Assembly: GCF_018977255.1 (NCBI RefSeq) | Contig: NW_024704753.1 | Coordinates: 930,001 to 994,000, forward strand | Length of the DNA stretch: 64,000 nucleotides | Origin: Callorhinchus milii | Taxonomy: Eukaryota | Reading direction: 5' to 3' | Shown: piece by piece, positions 32,735-45,700 of the stretch | Layout: every line of letters begins with the position of its first letter | How positions within the stretch are numbered: the stretch's first letter is position 1 | Program-made: the position numbers and the translations under genes | The notes under the pieces: generated by a model | Database searches by the model: none | What the model saw: the letters and a program-made list of their open reading frames with translations, nothing else | What the model was told of the DNA's origin: nothing

Positions 32735-32781
32735 TGCTCTCAGCCCCAACAATGGAGTCAAGCCTCCGAATCGAGATCGGC

Positions 32782-32925
32782 TTTATATATTTGGACGTGG
32801 GAGCATCTCGTGTTCTCCCGCTGTCAAACAGAAGGGAAACGAGCTACAAATACTCCCTTATCATTCCCCAAATGCCATTGGTATGATAGGGTTTCCTGTT
32901 ATTTTCGTGGCTCTTTTTTATCTTC
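32782..32925 (-). promoter_or_regulatory. GP9 promoter: TATA box, three GATA sites and an ETS site
   Basis: TATATAAA 32782-32789 (-); TGATAA 32858-32863 (-); TGATAG 32884-32889 (+); CAGGAA 32893-32898 (-); AGATAA 32918-32923 (-). Confidence 0.7.
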
Positions 32926-35052
32926 AACCCTCAAGTCTCCTCATCATTTCCCTCCAACCAATGCTCCTCCCTGTTCTCGTGAAGGACTGACTGATTGACG
33001 CAGCCCTGGGCTATCTCACCACAGGTTCATTCTGGTGCCTCGGATTCTAGACAGACAGCAATTCATTCAACTTGGTGGTGGGGGTGGACAAGAGGACTTT
33101 AGCTGAGACCCCTTTGCCCTGCCTTGCCCCAACCTAGTCCAACTTCTTCAATCGCACCTCCTGAATCCTTTCCAGTCTCTGCAGGTGCTTAGAAGTGGGA
33201 ATCCTGACCCAGTTTCCACTGCTGTGGGCTGGGGTTTTGGAAGGATGAGATCAGATGGGCCAAAGGACCTTCTTCATCCAAACCTGTGGTGTGTCGGGAA
33301 CACAGGTGATCTGCAATACAGCTGCGTGGCCATTAGATGTCACTGTTGACACACACACACAGAGCAGGGACACAGTTGGACACTTCACTGAGAGAAAAGA
33401 CTTGGATTTGAACCAAAATATAATAATAATCCTGGTATGTGATACAGCGCCTTATCACGGCTTCGAGACGTCCCAAAGCACTTCACAGGGTACACTGTAA
33501 AGTGAATTGACTGTGTATATTGTGGGCGAAACGCGGCAGCCGATTGCACACAGCAGCGCCCCCACAAACAGCTGTGAATTGCGTGACCACTTTTTTTAAA
33601 ATTTTTCTTTTTTCTGTTGGAAAGGTACTCTTTCAACTCCTTTGGTAACACGCGAGAAAAAAACAACAACTTTCCTGTGTGCAGATGAATAACTTGGCTG
33701 CATGCGGGACCTTGCTGTGAGCAAAACGGCCACCGGGTTTGGAATTGATGGCAATTAGCTGTGAAGCACTTTGAGACTTTATGACGCTACAGGTGCGATG
33801 GTAAGGATGATTCTTATTATTACTACTACAGCACTGCATTATTACAAGTCTAATTATTATACACTCCTGGCCTAGCTTGTCTGAACGGTTAAAAAAAAGG
33901 AAATATTTTGCAGAATCCGTAACATTGACATCCTCGCCAAGTGAAAGGCGCCGTAACAATGTGATCACTGCCTTTGGTAAAGAAAATCCTTCATCAAAAT
34001 GGTTACTCATTGGACGCTGGTCGCCTCATGCTTCTCATCTTATGTGCGTGTGTGTTTTTCAAGACCCTCCTCTTCGACCACGCCTTTGGTCACCCTCCTA
34101 CCCTAACCTTCCCTGCTCTCCACCTCTCCTGATCCCAACCTTCTGCTCGGGTCCAAATCCCTGACTGTCCAGGGCCTTGGATGTCCTCCCGATGTGAAAG
34201 GCGCCATGAAATGCCATTTGTTGTTGTTGTTGTTGTGTGATTTACCCCAAAGCTTCCATCCATTCACATTTCTCTTTGTCCTTCCTCCCTGTTGTGCCCT
34301 CGATGTGCGTGTGTGTATGTCACTGGCAGACAACCCTGACTCACTCACGACCGCAGATGAACTCAAACTGCTGCTGGTAGGGTGGTTTGCTGTGTGGTGT
34401 CCTGTAGAGGAGTGGTTACCGCTCTCACCTCGCAAGCGAGAGGAGGTACTGGGGAGGTAAGGGGAAAAAGGGGGAAAAATGGGATTAACACATCTGCCGG
34501 GATCTACAAAAATGGAACAAGCGGAACGACACGCTGGGGAACGAGAGGCAAAAGCACTGGGACTCCTCCTGGGCTGGTTTACCTACGATTCCACAAAAAA
34601 AAATCTGCTACAAATGGTGCTGGAGTCAGTGAGCTCAGGGGCCTCTGGTTATATCTAACTCAGCTCCAACAGCTTCCTAATAGTTATTGTCGTGGTCGGT
34701 TACTAATCGCGGTGGATGGATTATGTCTAAGTGCTCCGAGATGCTGCCCCATGTGGAGGGCGCTATATAAATGCAAGTTGTTGTTGTTGGTGGCGTTGGC
34801 GTTAAGCAAACAGCAGTGATAAAGGCAGCGGCTGTTCCACGGGGAGCGAATGGTTAATTCTGGCCGGGGTGGGTGAAGGTGGAGGGGGGGGGTCGTGCCC
34901 CAGAGTGGGTGGAAATTGCAAAGCTTCAGAAGCGATTAGACAACACATTCGATAACCGTGGCAATCTGTGGCAAGACATTTATCCTCTCCCCCCCCCTCA
35001 CCCTCCTGTTCCCCCCTCCCTGCCCTGGGGGAGATGTGGCCCAGGGCGCTCG

Positions 35053-35186
35053 TCAGCATGAGATGAGCAGAGTGTTTGCCAGCGACCGGTGTCCCTGAGT
35101 CTTGTCCAGTGGCCGATCAGACAACAGCTCACAGGCAGCCAGTTCCTGGTACAGCGTGTTCAACACCTCCAGGATGTGAGCCTTTC
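35053..35186 (-). CDS. EFCC1: EFCC1 exon 7 (last)
   Basis: [22 protein letters not shown]...LANTLLISC*. Confidence 0.9.
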
Positions 35187-35192
35187 CTGTGG

Positions 35193-35232
<40 letters not shown>

Positions 35233-38200
35233 AAGAGGAAGAAAAAAAAGAGAAAGAGGGAGACGGAGAGGGAGAAGGCGAGCAAAAAAGAGAGAGGTAG
35301 AGGGAGGGAAAGAAAGGGAGAGAGAGAAAAATAATTTTCACATCAGTTGTCACAATCCATCCGGCCTGTCCTTGCTGGAATGGCTTGGCCTGAGGAGCAC
35401 ATTGTGCAATGGGAAAGGAATCTTAACAACACGGCACACTGGGACCAGAGCCCCGGGCCACACTGGACACCAAGTTGCCAGCACTTCTCCCAGATATTTC
35501 TTCCCGTCTCATTATTCCTCTCCTCCTCCTCCTCCTCCTCCTGCTGAGGCCACCAGATTCCACCTAGTCTTAGCCCTCAAGGTCACTTTGTCTGAAAGTT
35601 TAAGGTGGCGCAGACCTGTGTAAAGCCATCGCCGTGTAAACGGGGAAACCCATCACCGTTCATAAGAGTCTCCAAACCAAACTGAGATTTGCAGACATCC
35701 CACCGACACGTGGAAATCCCAGAGATAGACTGTTGGAATGGAATGTGCACTCTCTCTCTCTCTCTCTCACTGGAGGGATGAACACTGCTTACCTAATTCT
35801 GGAGAGTGTTAGGCACAGGTTGGCAAGAGCCAAGACTTGGGGGGGGAGCCCAGAGTGTGCGTTGGGGTAAATGCTGGAGTCTAACCAGCTAAACCCACAT
35901 GGCGTGGCCATTGATAGCGCCGTCTGGCCAGCTTTCCTGCTGCTTGTCCAGCTAGGCCCACCCTACCAGTTAGGGCTTTGGCTTGTGGGGTTACCGAGAG
36001 CTGAATGGGAGGATTCCCTGCCCCCGGCGACTGGTAAGGTTTGCGGACTCACCGTGCTGGGGGTCACTGCACGACTCCAAAGTGTTGAGCAGGATTTTTC
36101 CCAGCGACCGTCTAGAGAAATTCTAGGCAAAGTGAATAAACATTGTGTTGGTTATTATAGGGTTTAAAAAAAAGGAACGTTTTCAAATCGAGTTCAAAGG
36201 CGTTGTCCTTTGGATGAGATGTTAAAACGAGGTCCCGCCTGTGCCCTGCTCTAACTAACTATTCGGAAAGAGAAAGCAATTTGTCTCTCGTGGTGTCCCC
36301 CAGATAGAATCTCTCGCTCACCTCAAAAGCGGTTACTGTGCACAAATTGGCTGATCCGTTCACCTACAAGCACTTGGTCATGCACTTTACAGTAAAATCA
36401 GTGAAGCACCTTGAGACATCCTCCCGATGTGACGGACGCTACATAATCATACAATAACAATAATCCTTGCATTTGGTACTGTGCCTTATCATGTCGTTGA
36501 GACGTCTTAATGCGCTTCACAGAATATAAAGTGCTTTGACTGTATATTTTGTGGGCGAAAGTGCCCCCACAAACAGTCGTGGATTGAAGTGACCAAATTA
36601 TTATCGTTTTTCGAAGGGCTTATTACCCTCGGAAAGTGATCCGCCAATCAACTGACAACCGGGTTCCTACTTACTCCTGGGTAAACGGAGGAGTGTGTGT
36701 GGAGTATGGAAACCTGCCTAAGGGTTCCCCTGGCCGGGAATCGACCCCGGGTCCTCTCACTTGTGAGGTGAGTGCTCTAATCACTACCTATGGGACTCCT
36801 TTTTACAGCGCTTTGAAATATCCTCCCAGCGCTATATGAAATATGAGAAGGATGATTATTATTATATTAGCGCGTTCTCGCAGTGACTCACGAGGTGACG
36901 GAGCTGCTGGAGGAGCAGTAAGACGTCCAGCAGTTTCTCCTCAATCAGCGACAGCCGCACTCTCTCCGTCTCCAACATCTGGAGCTCCGTCTGCAGCTGC
37001 TCACTCTCCACTACCTTCCTCTGCAGCTCACACACCAGCGACCCCTTCAGCTTCCCACCGGCAGCAGCACAACAAAGGCAAACACACATCATACACACAA
37101 ACAGAGAGACAGCCCATCGTGTCTGTGCTGGTGCTCGCTTCCCCCCACTGGAGCTCTCTACTCTAACCCCATTCCCTGCTCTCTCTCTCCCCATCGTGTC
37201 TGTGTTGGGGCTCGCTCCCCCACTGGAGCTCTCTAATCCCATTTAGCTAACTATTTAAGTTACAGAAACTCACCACTAAAATGACCCACATATTTCATGT
37301 TAATCTCTTGACAATTATAGTCTAACAGTGATGGCTCTTGGACAAGTTCCTGTGAGTTCCTGGGAAGGGGGTGGGGTAGAGATTTGCTCGGCTTGGTTTA
37401 GCTCAGCCCACCTGTTCCATGTCTGTGGCCATTTGGCTGGCCTGCGTCTCCCTCCACTCCAACTGTTGCGTTAGCCGTGCCACCTTCTCCACCAGTTCCA
37501 AGATGGCAACGCTGCTCTCCTCACTCTGCCCACTCCCAAACTGCCACAGCAGCTTCCTCACAGTCTGATCATCACAGCTGCCGACAGACAAACAAACAAC
37601 ATCTCACGTTCGGAGCTGGCCAGTCAACTGGTGACAAGCTCAGTCTCTCCCGCACGCACGCTGTTTGACGCTCAGTCACTCGACAGCGATCAGACTGGAC
37701 AGTGAGTGGACATCGCTAACAGCACAGGGTTCAATAACTATTTAGAAACCGCAGTCCGCTCTGCAGCTGTTGCAAGAGAGGAACTTTTCAACAGGTTGCA
37801 GGATCGTAGCATCTTACAGCTCAGAAGGAGGTAACTCGGCCCATTCGGGCACTGGCCTGGGTCTCAGAGCGAGCTGTCCCAATCAGTCCCACTGCCCCGT
37901 CCTGTCCCCACCCCTCCCTCAAGCCTCTATCATATCCCTGTCCCCTGTCAGGAGATCAGGTTGACGTTCAGCTCCGGGTTGGGTGGGTGGGGTGGGGGTG
38001 GATTGTCAGAGGCGCCATCTTTGGGATGAGACGTTGAACCGAGATCCTGTTTGTGCTTTGCTGTTCGTGCGGACCTTAAAGGCCGTGTGACACTACTTGG
38101 AAAGAGAAGGGAGATTCTCGGTGCCGGAGTCCTGGCTGTTTGTGGGACGTCGCAATGCGCGAACGGACTGAAGCGCTCGAGTACAAACGCACAGTCACTA

Positions 38201-39709
38201 CATGTGTCGGTAGTTACCTGTGAAGCACTTTGAGGGGTATTTATTAGGACTATAATGGGGGGGAAAAGGGCTGTATTATCGGTCGCTCACCCGTTACCGC
38301 AGCAACACAGCCGGGCCAGCACCTTCTTGACCTCGGCCACCCTGCTCTGCTGATCTTCCGTCCATTTCTCATCCTCCTCGTCTGAGGCTGCCTGGCCCTC
38401 CACAGAGCGTAGTAACTGTTCGTCATCTGCCCAAGACCAGCACAGACAGCATAGCAAGGGTTAACCCACAGCAACAACAACAACAACAAGAAATTACATT
38501 TGATACGCCGCCTTTTCACATCCTCCAGACGTCTCAAAGCGCTTCACAGAATATACTGTAAAGTCTAGTGACTGTGCATTTTGTGGGAGAAACTCGGCAG
38601 CCGATTGCACACGGCAGTGTCCCCACAAACCGCCAGGGATTGAGTGACCACATTTTTTCTTGGGGGTGAAGGAGAGACTTTGAGATGTTTTAATGAGTCA
38701 AGTGTAAGGATTAGGAGTGAGATTGGGATGAGACAGGGAGCGGTGGGGGGGGGGGGGGTGGGGGGGTGTTGGGGAGAGAAGTTGTGAAGTGCCTGAGCTG
38801 TAGGTTTGCTGGAGGGACGGTCGGGAGGCTCAGGGTTCTGGAAGGAAGAGGTCAAACGTGTTGCGTGTTTGCGGGTTGCGTGTGCTTACCGCTGTACACG
38901 GGTATCTCTGTCTGACCCGTTGGCGAGCCTCGCTCCTGGGGCTCAGGTGAGCAGTGCACCTGCCTGACCTCCGACCCTGGCCCCGCCCTGACCTCGGGGG
39001 TAATTGGCTGCAGGAACTGGAGTTTGATGACCTCTGATCTGAAAGAGTAAAGTCACAGGTGAAGGATGAACAGGTGAAATTCCACCTGGTCTCGGCCTTG
39101 AGCCCATCGCATGTCTGACTGACGTTGGGCAGAACAGCGGAGAATTCTCCAATTGATCTTTAAAAAAAAATCCCTGGTTTCCTCACGACACCGTGCGATA
39201 TTACCGACTCCCAGACAATCCGGTGAAGCATTTTGAGATGTCTCCGATGCGAAAGGAGTTTAAGTGTAAACTTGTTGCCCAGTAATACAACAGTGAAACA
39301 GGTAACAGGCGCTGTACCGCTCACCGCTGAGCCCACACTGTGAATATTTTGAATATTGTGTCCATCTTTGGGTTAAGCCATAGCATTGCTGCCTCAGAGT
39401 CAGTGTACCGGCAGTGAGTGGGGAGGGGGAGTGGGGATAGAGGGAGGTGAGTGTCGTGACAATGATCAAAGGCTTGAAATTCCTCCCGGTGCTAACCTGT
39501 CAGACCATTTTGTCTTAATATTTCAGACGGGGCAGATTTGTGGAAAATTCGCTCTTAATTCAGAGTCTGTGTGTGTGTTTTTTTTTGCTTTGATGAGCTG
39601 ATATATCTTAAGACATGAAGAATAGTGCCTGGGGCTGAGGGAGGGTGGGGGTGAGTGTGTGGATGATCGGTGTGTGTGTGTGTGCGCGTGTATGTGTGAT
39701 GTGTATGCA

Positions 39710-39742
<33 letters not shown>

Positions 39743-42700
39743 CGTGAGTGTGTGTGTGTGATGGTGGGGGGTGAGGGGGCGGTGTGGGTCGAGGGCACAC
39801 AAGCCAGGCTGCAGCATTTAGATGCTAACTGAGGGGTCTCCATAGTGAGAGACAAACTATCCGGTCTGTGAGCTTGTGCTTTTGTGCGGCTGAAATAAGC
39901 CGGTCTGACCCCTGATGAGACAAGGTCATGGGGGTGGGGGGGTGGCGGGGTGGGGGAGAGAGAGAAAGAATTAGAGTGATGAGGAGACAATCCCACAGAT
40001 TACCACTGACCGAGTGAGAACTGTGACTTCAGAGCAATTCCTCTTAATAAAATTTGAATTTAACTTTGAGAGGAATTAACAGGAATGTGGTGCGTGGAAC
40101 ATTTCTCTCTTTCTTTCGTTATCGTGTCCCGTGACTGATGGAGTGGGGTGGGGGGTGGTGTGGGGGGGGGGGGGGCGAGGGATAAGAATCATTTCCCAAG
40201 TGGACTGGCACATTTACCGGTTTGGCGGAGTTTTGTGGTTCATTCAGTTTTGTGCGCAATTGGCTGCCGCGTTTTGCCCGCACAATACAGTCACTACACT
40301 TTACAGTTTATCCTGTGAAGCGCTTTGAGACGTCTCAACAATGTGATAAGGGGCTATATCAAATGGAAGGATTATTCTTATTATAAACATGTGGTTACAG
40401 TTCCGCAGAGTCTGAGCCGGCCAGACGTAAAGCTTTTCATTGTTATCCAGTCAGCGTCGGAGGCATTTGCTATCTGGTCTCAGCCGTCAATCTCACTGGT
40501 GAAACGTCTTGGCACGCAGTGAGCTAGTTTTGGGCATTCTCCTGACGCGGGGTGAAAAGGGCTGAATTCCCGCCTTTCCCTGACGAGCCCCCAGCCTGGC
40601 GGAGACGGGGTCAGCCCTTAGCCATCTGCGCGGATTCAGGAGGAAAAGAAAAGAGAAGAAAAGCAGCCTGTGGGCTTACACACACACAGACACACACAGT
40701 CATGGAGAACAGCCAGCTCCAGCTAGACAGAAATAAAAGGGCAGATTTGCAATTTAGAATCTCTTTGATAGCATTACTATGGCGTGCTACCTTTGATATA
40801 TCGTCGTGTGAGACCCTGTATGTGGTAGACCCCTGTGTGAGAAGGATCCTGGTTTGATTCCTGGGCAGGGAGAAACCTTAGACAAGTTTCCTTTACTCCA
40901 CACGCCTCAGTTCACCCGGCAGTAAGTAGGAAACCGGTTGTTAGTCGATTGGCAGATCGCTTTCCGGGGGTAATAATCCCTTCAAAAAAAAATTTGTTGA
41001 CTCAATCCACGACTGTTAGTGTGACACTGCTGTGCGCAATTGGTTGCCGCGATTCACCCACAAAATACAGTCACTACACTTTACAGTATATTTTTTGAAT
41101 CACTTTAAGACGTCTCAATACACACACACATACACACACACAGCAACTATTAGCAGCCTCCTCGCAGATGGCAATCCCATCCACCGCTGTTAACGGCCCC
41201 TATTGTTTCATTCCCAGACCCCAGGTTCCCATCACTCAATCTGACGGTTTGATTTAAGCCCCCCCACCCCCCCCGTTACCCTGGGTCAAGGTGCAGGGGG
41301 AGGGAGGGGGAGGTTAGGCAGTGGGAGCGAGCGAAAGGATGAAAAGATATGTCAGTGTCCTTTGGGTTTAACAAAGCAAACAGTCCTTTTCTCTCTGATA
41401 CAACCCCCACCCGAAAACTCACAACCCTGACCCCACTTACCTCTCCACCCTCCGGCCCCCTCCCCCGAGCTCTGCAGGGAAGTGGCCGGGACCCGGGTCA
41501 GGAGCCAGGTGGAGATTCCCACCCACTCCCGTCGCTCTATTTCTCCTCGAAAAAATTAGCAACAACGCAGTTATACAGCGCTCCTCACACATGGTAGTGG
41601 CCCAGAGCACTTGATTAACCAGGATTTCAGAGCTACCCATCGCCCCATTCTCACAATCTGGGGATATAGGAACAGGAGGAAGCCATTCAGCCTCTTGAGC
41701 CCGTTCCGCCATTCTATTAGATCATGGCTGATCTCCACCCCCACCCACCCCCCCCAATCCGTTCTCTATCACCTTCGTGCACAGCGCGCGCTCATAAGTC
41801 ATGTCGAAAGGCAGATGAAAGTCTCCCTGGTAACACTGGGATGGATGTAACTGTTTGGCAAAGCATTTGTTTTTGCCTGAGATTGTGTTTCCATCTGTGC
41901 TGCAGACAGTGGGGATGGCGGCTTATGATCAGTCTCAGTAACAGACAGAATCTGCCACTAAACTCTTTTAACATGTCAAATTAGAGACTATAAAGGCCCC
42001 TGGGCACAGCCTATACCTCACACCTTGGCAACCACAGGGTCGGGCTCAGTACTGTACTGTCTCACAGTCCCAAACCACTGATTCAATCAGAGACAATAGC
42101 ACTAAAACAGACCATCGTGTCTGTGCTGGTGCTCGCTCCCCCACTAGAGCTCTCTACCCTAACCCCATTCCCTGCTGTCTCCTCATCGTGTCTGTGCTGG
42201 TGCTCGCTCCCCCACTAGAGCTCTCTACCCTAACCCCATTCCCTGCTGTCTCCTCATCGTGTCTGTGCTGGTGCTCGCTCCCCCACTGGAGCTCACTGTC
42301 CCACTAGGAGGCATGTTCACTAAGAGTTTTAATGTTTTTTAAGCGTTCCTCTCTCTCTCCCACCCCCCCCCCACCCGTATCGTTCCTTCCCCTTGCCTGC
42401 CCAATGGCTCATTAAATTCATTAGCCCGAAATCGTTGATATTCTTTGAATTCCTGCCACATGATCACATCATTAAAATCACATATTCGCTGTGAGATGTT
42501 CAAAGTCAGACAGCAGCAAATGATCCTTCATCCTTCCCTTCCCCCAACTCTGCACTCTGGGGTGGGAGTGAGTGGAAAGATTTCCACGAAAGATGGATCT
42601 GTGCGGTATTGGTAGATGTCCGCGTGCCACATGCCCTCTACCATTGGCCTCTGCCCCAAATCTGCCCTCCATCCCGCCCTGCTCCCCTTGTCCTGTTGCT

Positions 42701-45700
42701 TAGTGGGTAGATCACTTGCCTCACAAGCGAGAGGACCTGGGTTTGATTCCTGGGCAGCGAAACCTTCGGTAAGTCTCCTTACTCTACACGCCTCTGTTTA
42801 GCCAGCAGTAAGAATCTGCTTGTTAGTAGATTGGCGGATCGCTTTCCGATCCAATAATAATCCCTCCCCCCAAAAAAAGTTTTAAAAATTTGATCGCTCA
42901 ATCCACGACTGTTTGTGGATCACTGCCGTGCACAATTGGCTGCCATGTTTCGGCCATCAAATACAGAATCACTACATTTTACAGTATATTCTGTGAAGCA
43001 CTTTTAGACGTTTCAACGACGTGATAGGACACTACATCAAATTCAATGATTATTATTATTATTATTATTAATATTGGGGCTTGACCTTGTCCTTTGCTAC
43101 CATCCCCCTGAACTGTGCAATAACATTGCTCCTTGTTACAGCCCCCAACCCCCATCCCCTTTCCATTGAGAGTCTGACACGGAGACAGTGTGAGAAGGGC
43201 ACACATACCCCCTGGGAGAGGATCCACTCAGTCTCAGATAATCCACTCTCTGCCGGGCTTTCCCCATTCTGTAACTGATGTCAACTAACAGCCAGACGGG
43301 TGCTGAGCGCTGCCCAGCATATTGGAGCATCAAAGACCGCCCAACTCGGGGAAATGCCAGGAATCCTTTGCTCTGTCAATCAATCACAAGACCCGAGAGA
43401 GGGGAGAGAGGGGGAGGGATTGACATTGGGTGGAAGAGCTGGGCAGCAAAGCTGGTCTGTCAATCACTTGAGGCTGTCCTGACAACCTCCCTCAATAAGG
43501 AAGGGTTAGAGAATCACATGGCATAGAGGAGGCCATGCAGCCCATCTTGCCTGTGCCAGCTTTCTGAGAAAGCTCTCCAGTCAGTTGCGCTCCCTTCTCT
43601 CCCATCCCTCTCTCCCCCCACCTCGGCCGCTCTGCTACAGAGCTGTTCTCACCCTCTCTCCTCGTTGATAACAGGAACATGTGGTGTGCTGACAGCCTCT
43701 CTTCACCCAGGTTGAAAAACTGGTTAGTGTGAATTGGACACCCAAGAGTTGTAAAGATGGGGGCAGAACTGACTGCAGACTGGATCTATCCAGGTCAGCA
43801 TCAAGGACAATATCCCAGGAAACGTTAGTAACTGGGCAAGCAATGCAAACCAAGGGAAAAAAAACCAAACTCAACACTTTTACTCTAACCCCATTCCCTG
43901 CTCTCTCTCCCCATCGTGTCTGTACTGGTGCTCGCTCCCCCACTGGAGCTCTCTTCTCTCATATCCTATACCCCTGCTCTTTCTCTTTCATAGCTGTGCT
44001 GATGCTCACTCCCCCACTAGAACCCAGTTGGCAAGGAATTTGAACAAGATCCCTCCCTCGCCCCCCCACCAGGCCTAGACTGTGATCTGAGAATCCTGAT
44101 ATGGGTTTGAACCCACAGAGTCTGTGACCCAGAGAGCTATAGATTAAGGTAAGAGGGAGAGGAAGGACATTGAAACTCCCAATGCAGTGGCTGGCTCTGG
44201 TTCCTGTTACCTTATCTTTGGTTATTGCTTTCCTTTTCCTTGCTGATTGCTGATAAACTCCTCATAATTTGCTTAATCTCCTCTCAAGGGGCGTCTGGTT
44301 TAAATCCACTTAAACTCCGTCACCAGGTTGTGAAATGTTGTTGTTTGAAAGGCCTTAAAGTGAAGACAGCGGGGAAGAGGGGAGCCCAGGAAGGATGTCT
44401 GTTCAATAGATAGCGGTGTCAAGGGGAAGGCAGACCCAACCCCTCCCCATGGCCAGGGGTAAAGGTGCTGCCTGGGGCAGGACCGAGCTATACAGCTTCT
44501 CATTGTGTTGTAATCCAGACAGAAATAATTGCTATCAACATCTCCGTTATTGTAGCAAGCGACTACCAGGATGGTAGAACGCAGACTACCTCCTGACTCT
44601 GTGGTGAGAGTGCTACCCCCTGCGCCAGGCTGATACACTAAGCATCAGTCAAGGCTGAGAGCCAGTGGTTACGGTTAGCAGCGTAATTATTAAATCCTTT
44701 TTCACTGGTTGTCCAAAGGCTTAATTTAACAACGACGATTTCACACGGCATATAATGCCTTTTCCCCCCCGATTTACAAGTGAAAACAGGTGCATTTGCT
44801 CACGGTTTGAACAAAGGCGTAGAATGAGATTGCGCCCTCATGCAAGTTTGCACTCAGCGCACGATACAGCTGTGCCCACATGTTGTTTACACGTAATACA
44901 GGTGTGTTTACAAATGGTTTACACATGGCACACTATAGACCCCTTTTGCTAATTTCTTCTCCCACCCCTCGTCTCCTCCCCCCCACCCTCAGGCACAGAC
45001 GAGATGAACCCAGTTGTAACTGCCCTAGACTGTCACACAGCAAGAAATTCATATCAATTGTCTGGTCTGCGATTGTTTCCCTCGGCAAAGCTTCCCAAAA
45101 GATAGAAAGTAAATGAACAAGGAGCCATATCAGTGAGACGTGAGAAGGCTGGTTACCACGGGTTACGGCCCGGAGTTCATATCTTGTGGGCACAGCGTAT
45201 AGCGGGAGATAAAGAGAGTGTCTGGTGATTGATGGTATTTCTCAGGCTGAATAGAGCCAGGTCCCTGGGAGTGAATGGAAAGGTCCCACAATGTGTCACA
45301 CCAACTATTATGCTCCCGTGAATTACCCTGAAAGCAGCGAATGAGTCCCCGGCGGGAGAAAGACAAAGTCATTTAATAAGAAATTATCTGCATGGCTTCT
45401 AAATCTGCTGCTTAGCACAGGAGCCGGGTTTAATCAGTAAATACGCACTCTGTTCAAACTCGCTGTGAGGTACATGGTGCAGCGGTGATTTGGGTCTTTG
45501 GGTTACTTTTCCTCTCCTGTACAGTGTTAGAACGGGCGCAGTTTGTGAGCGAGGGAACAGTGCATGGCTGGCTTATCCTGTGTGTGGGAACAGTGTTACA
45601 AAGGGGCTTTGCCACTATTGGGATGAATCCAACTTCCCCCCCACTCCCGCCACCACCACAAGCGCCCAGTTCCCCTCATGCCCCCCTCCTCCTTCTTCCC

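Noticed and set aside
39900-40620. CTGATGA and CTGACGA motifs as hammerhead cores
   Set aside because: Neither is followed by a closing stem II and GAAA.
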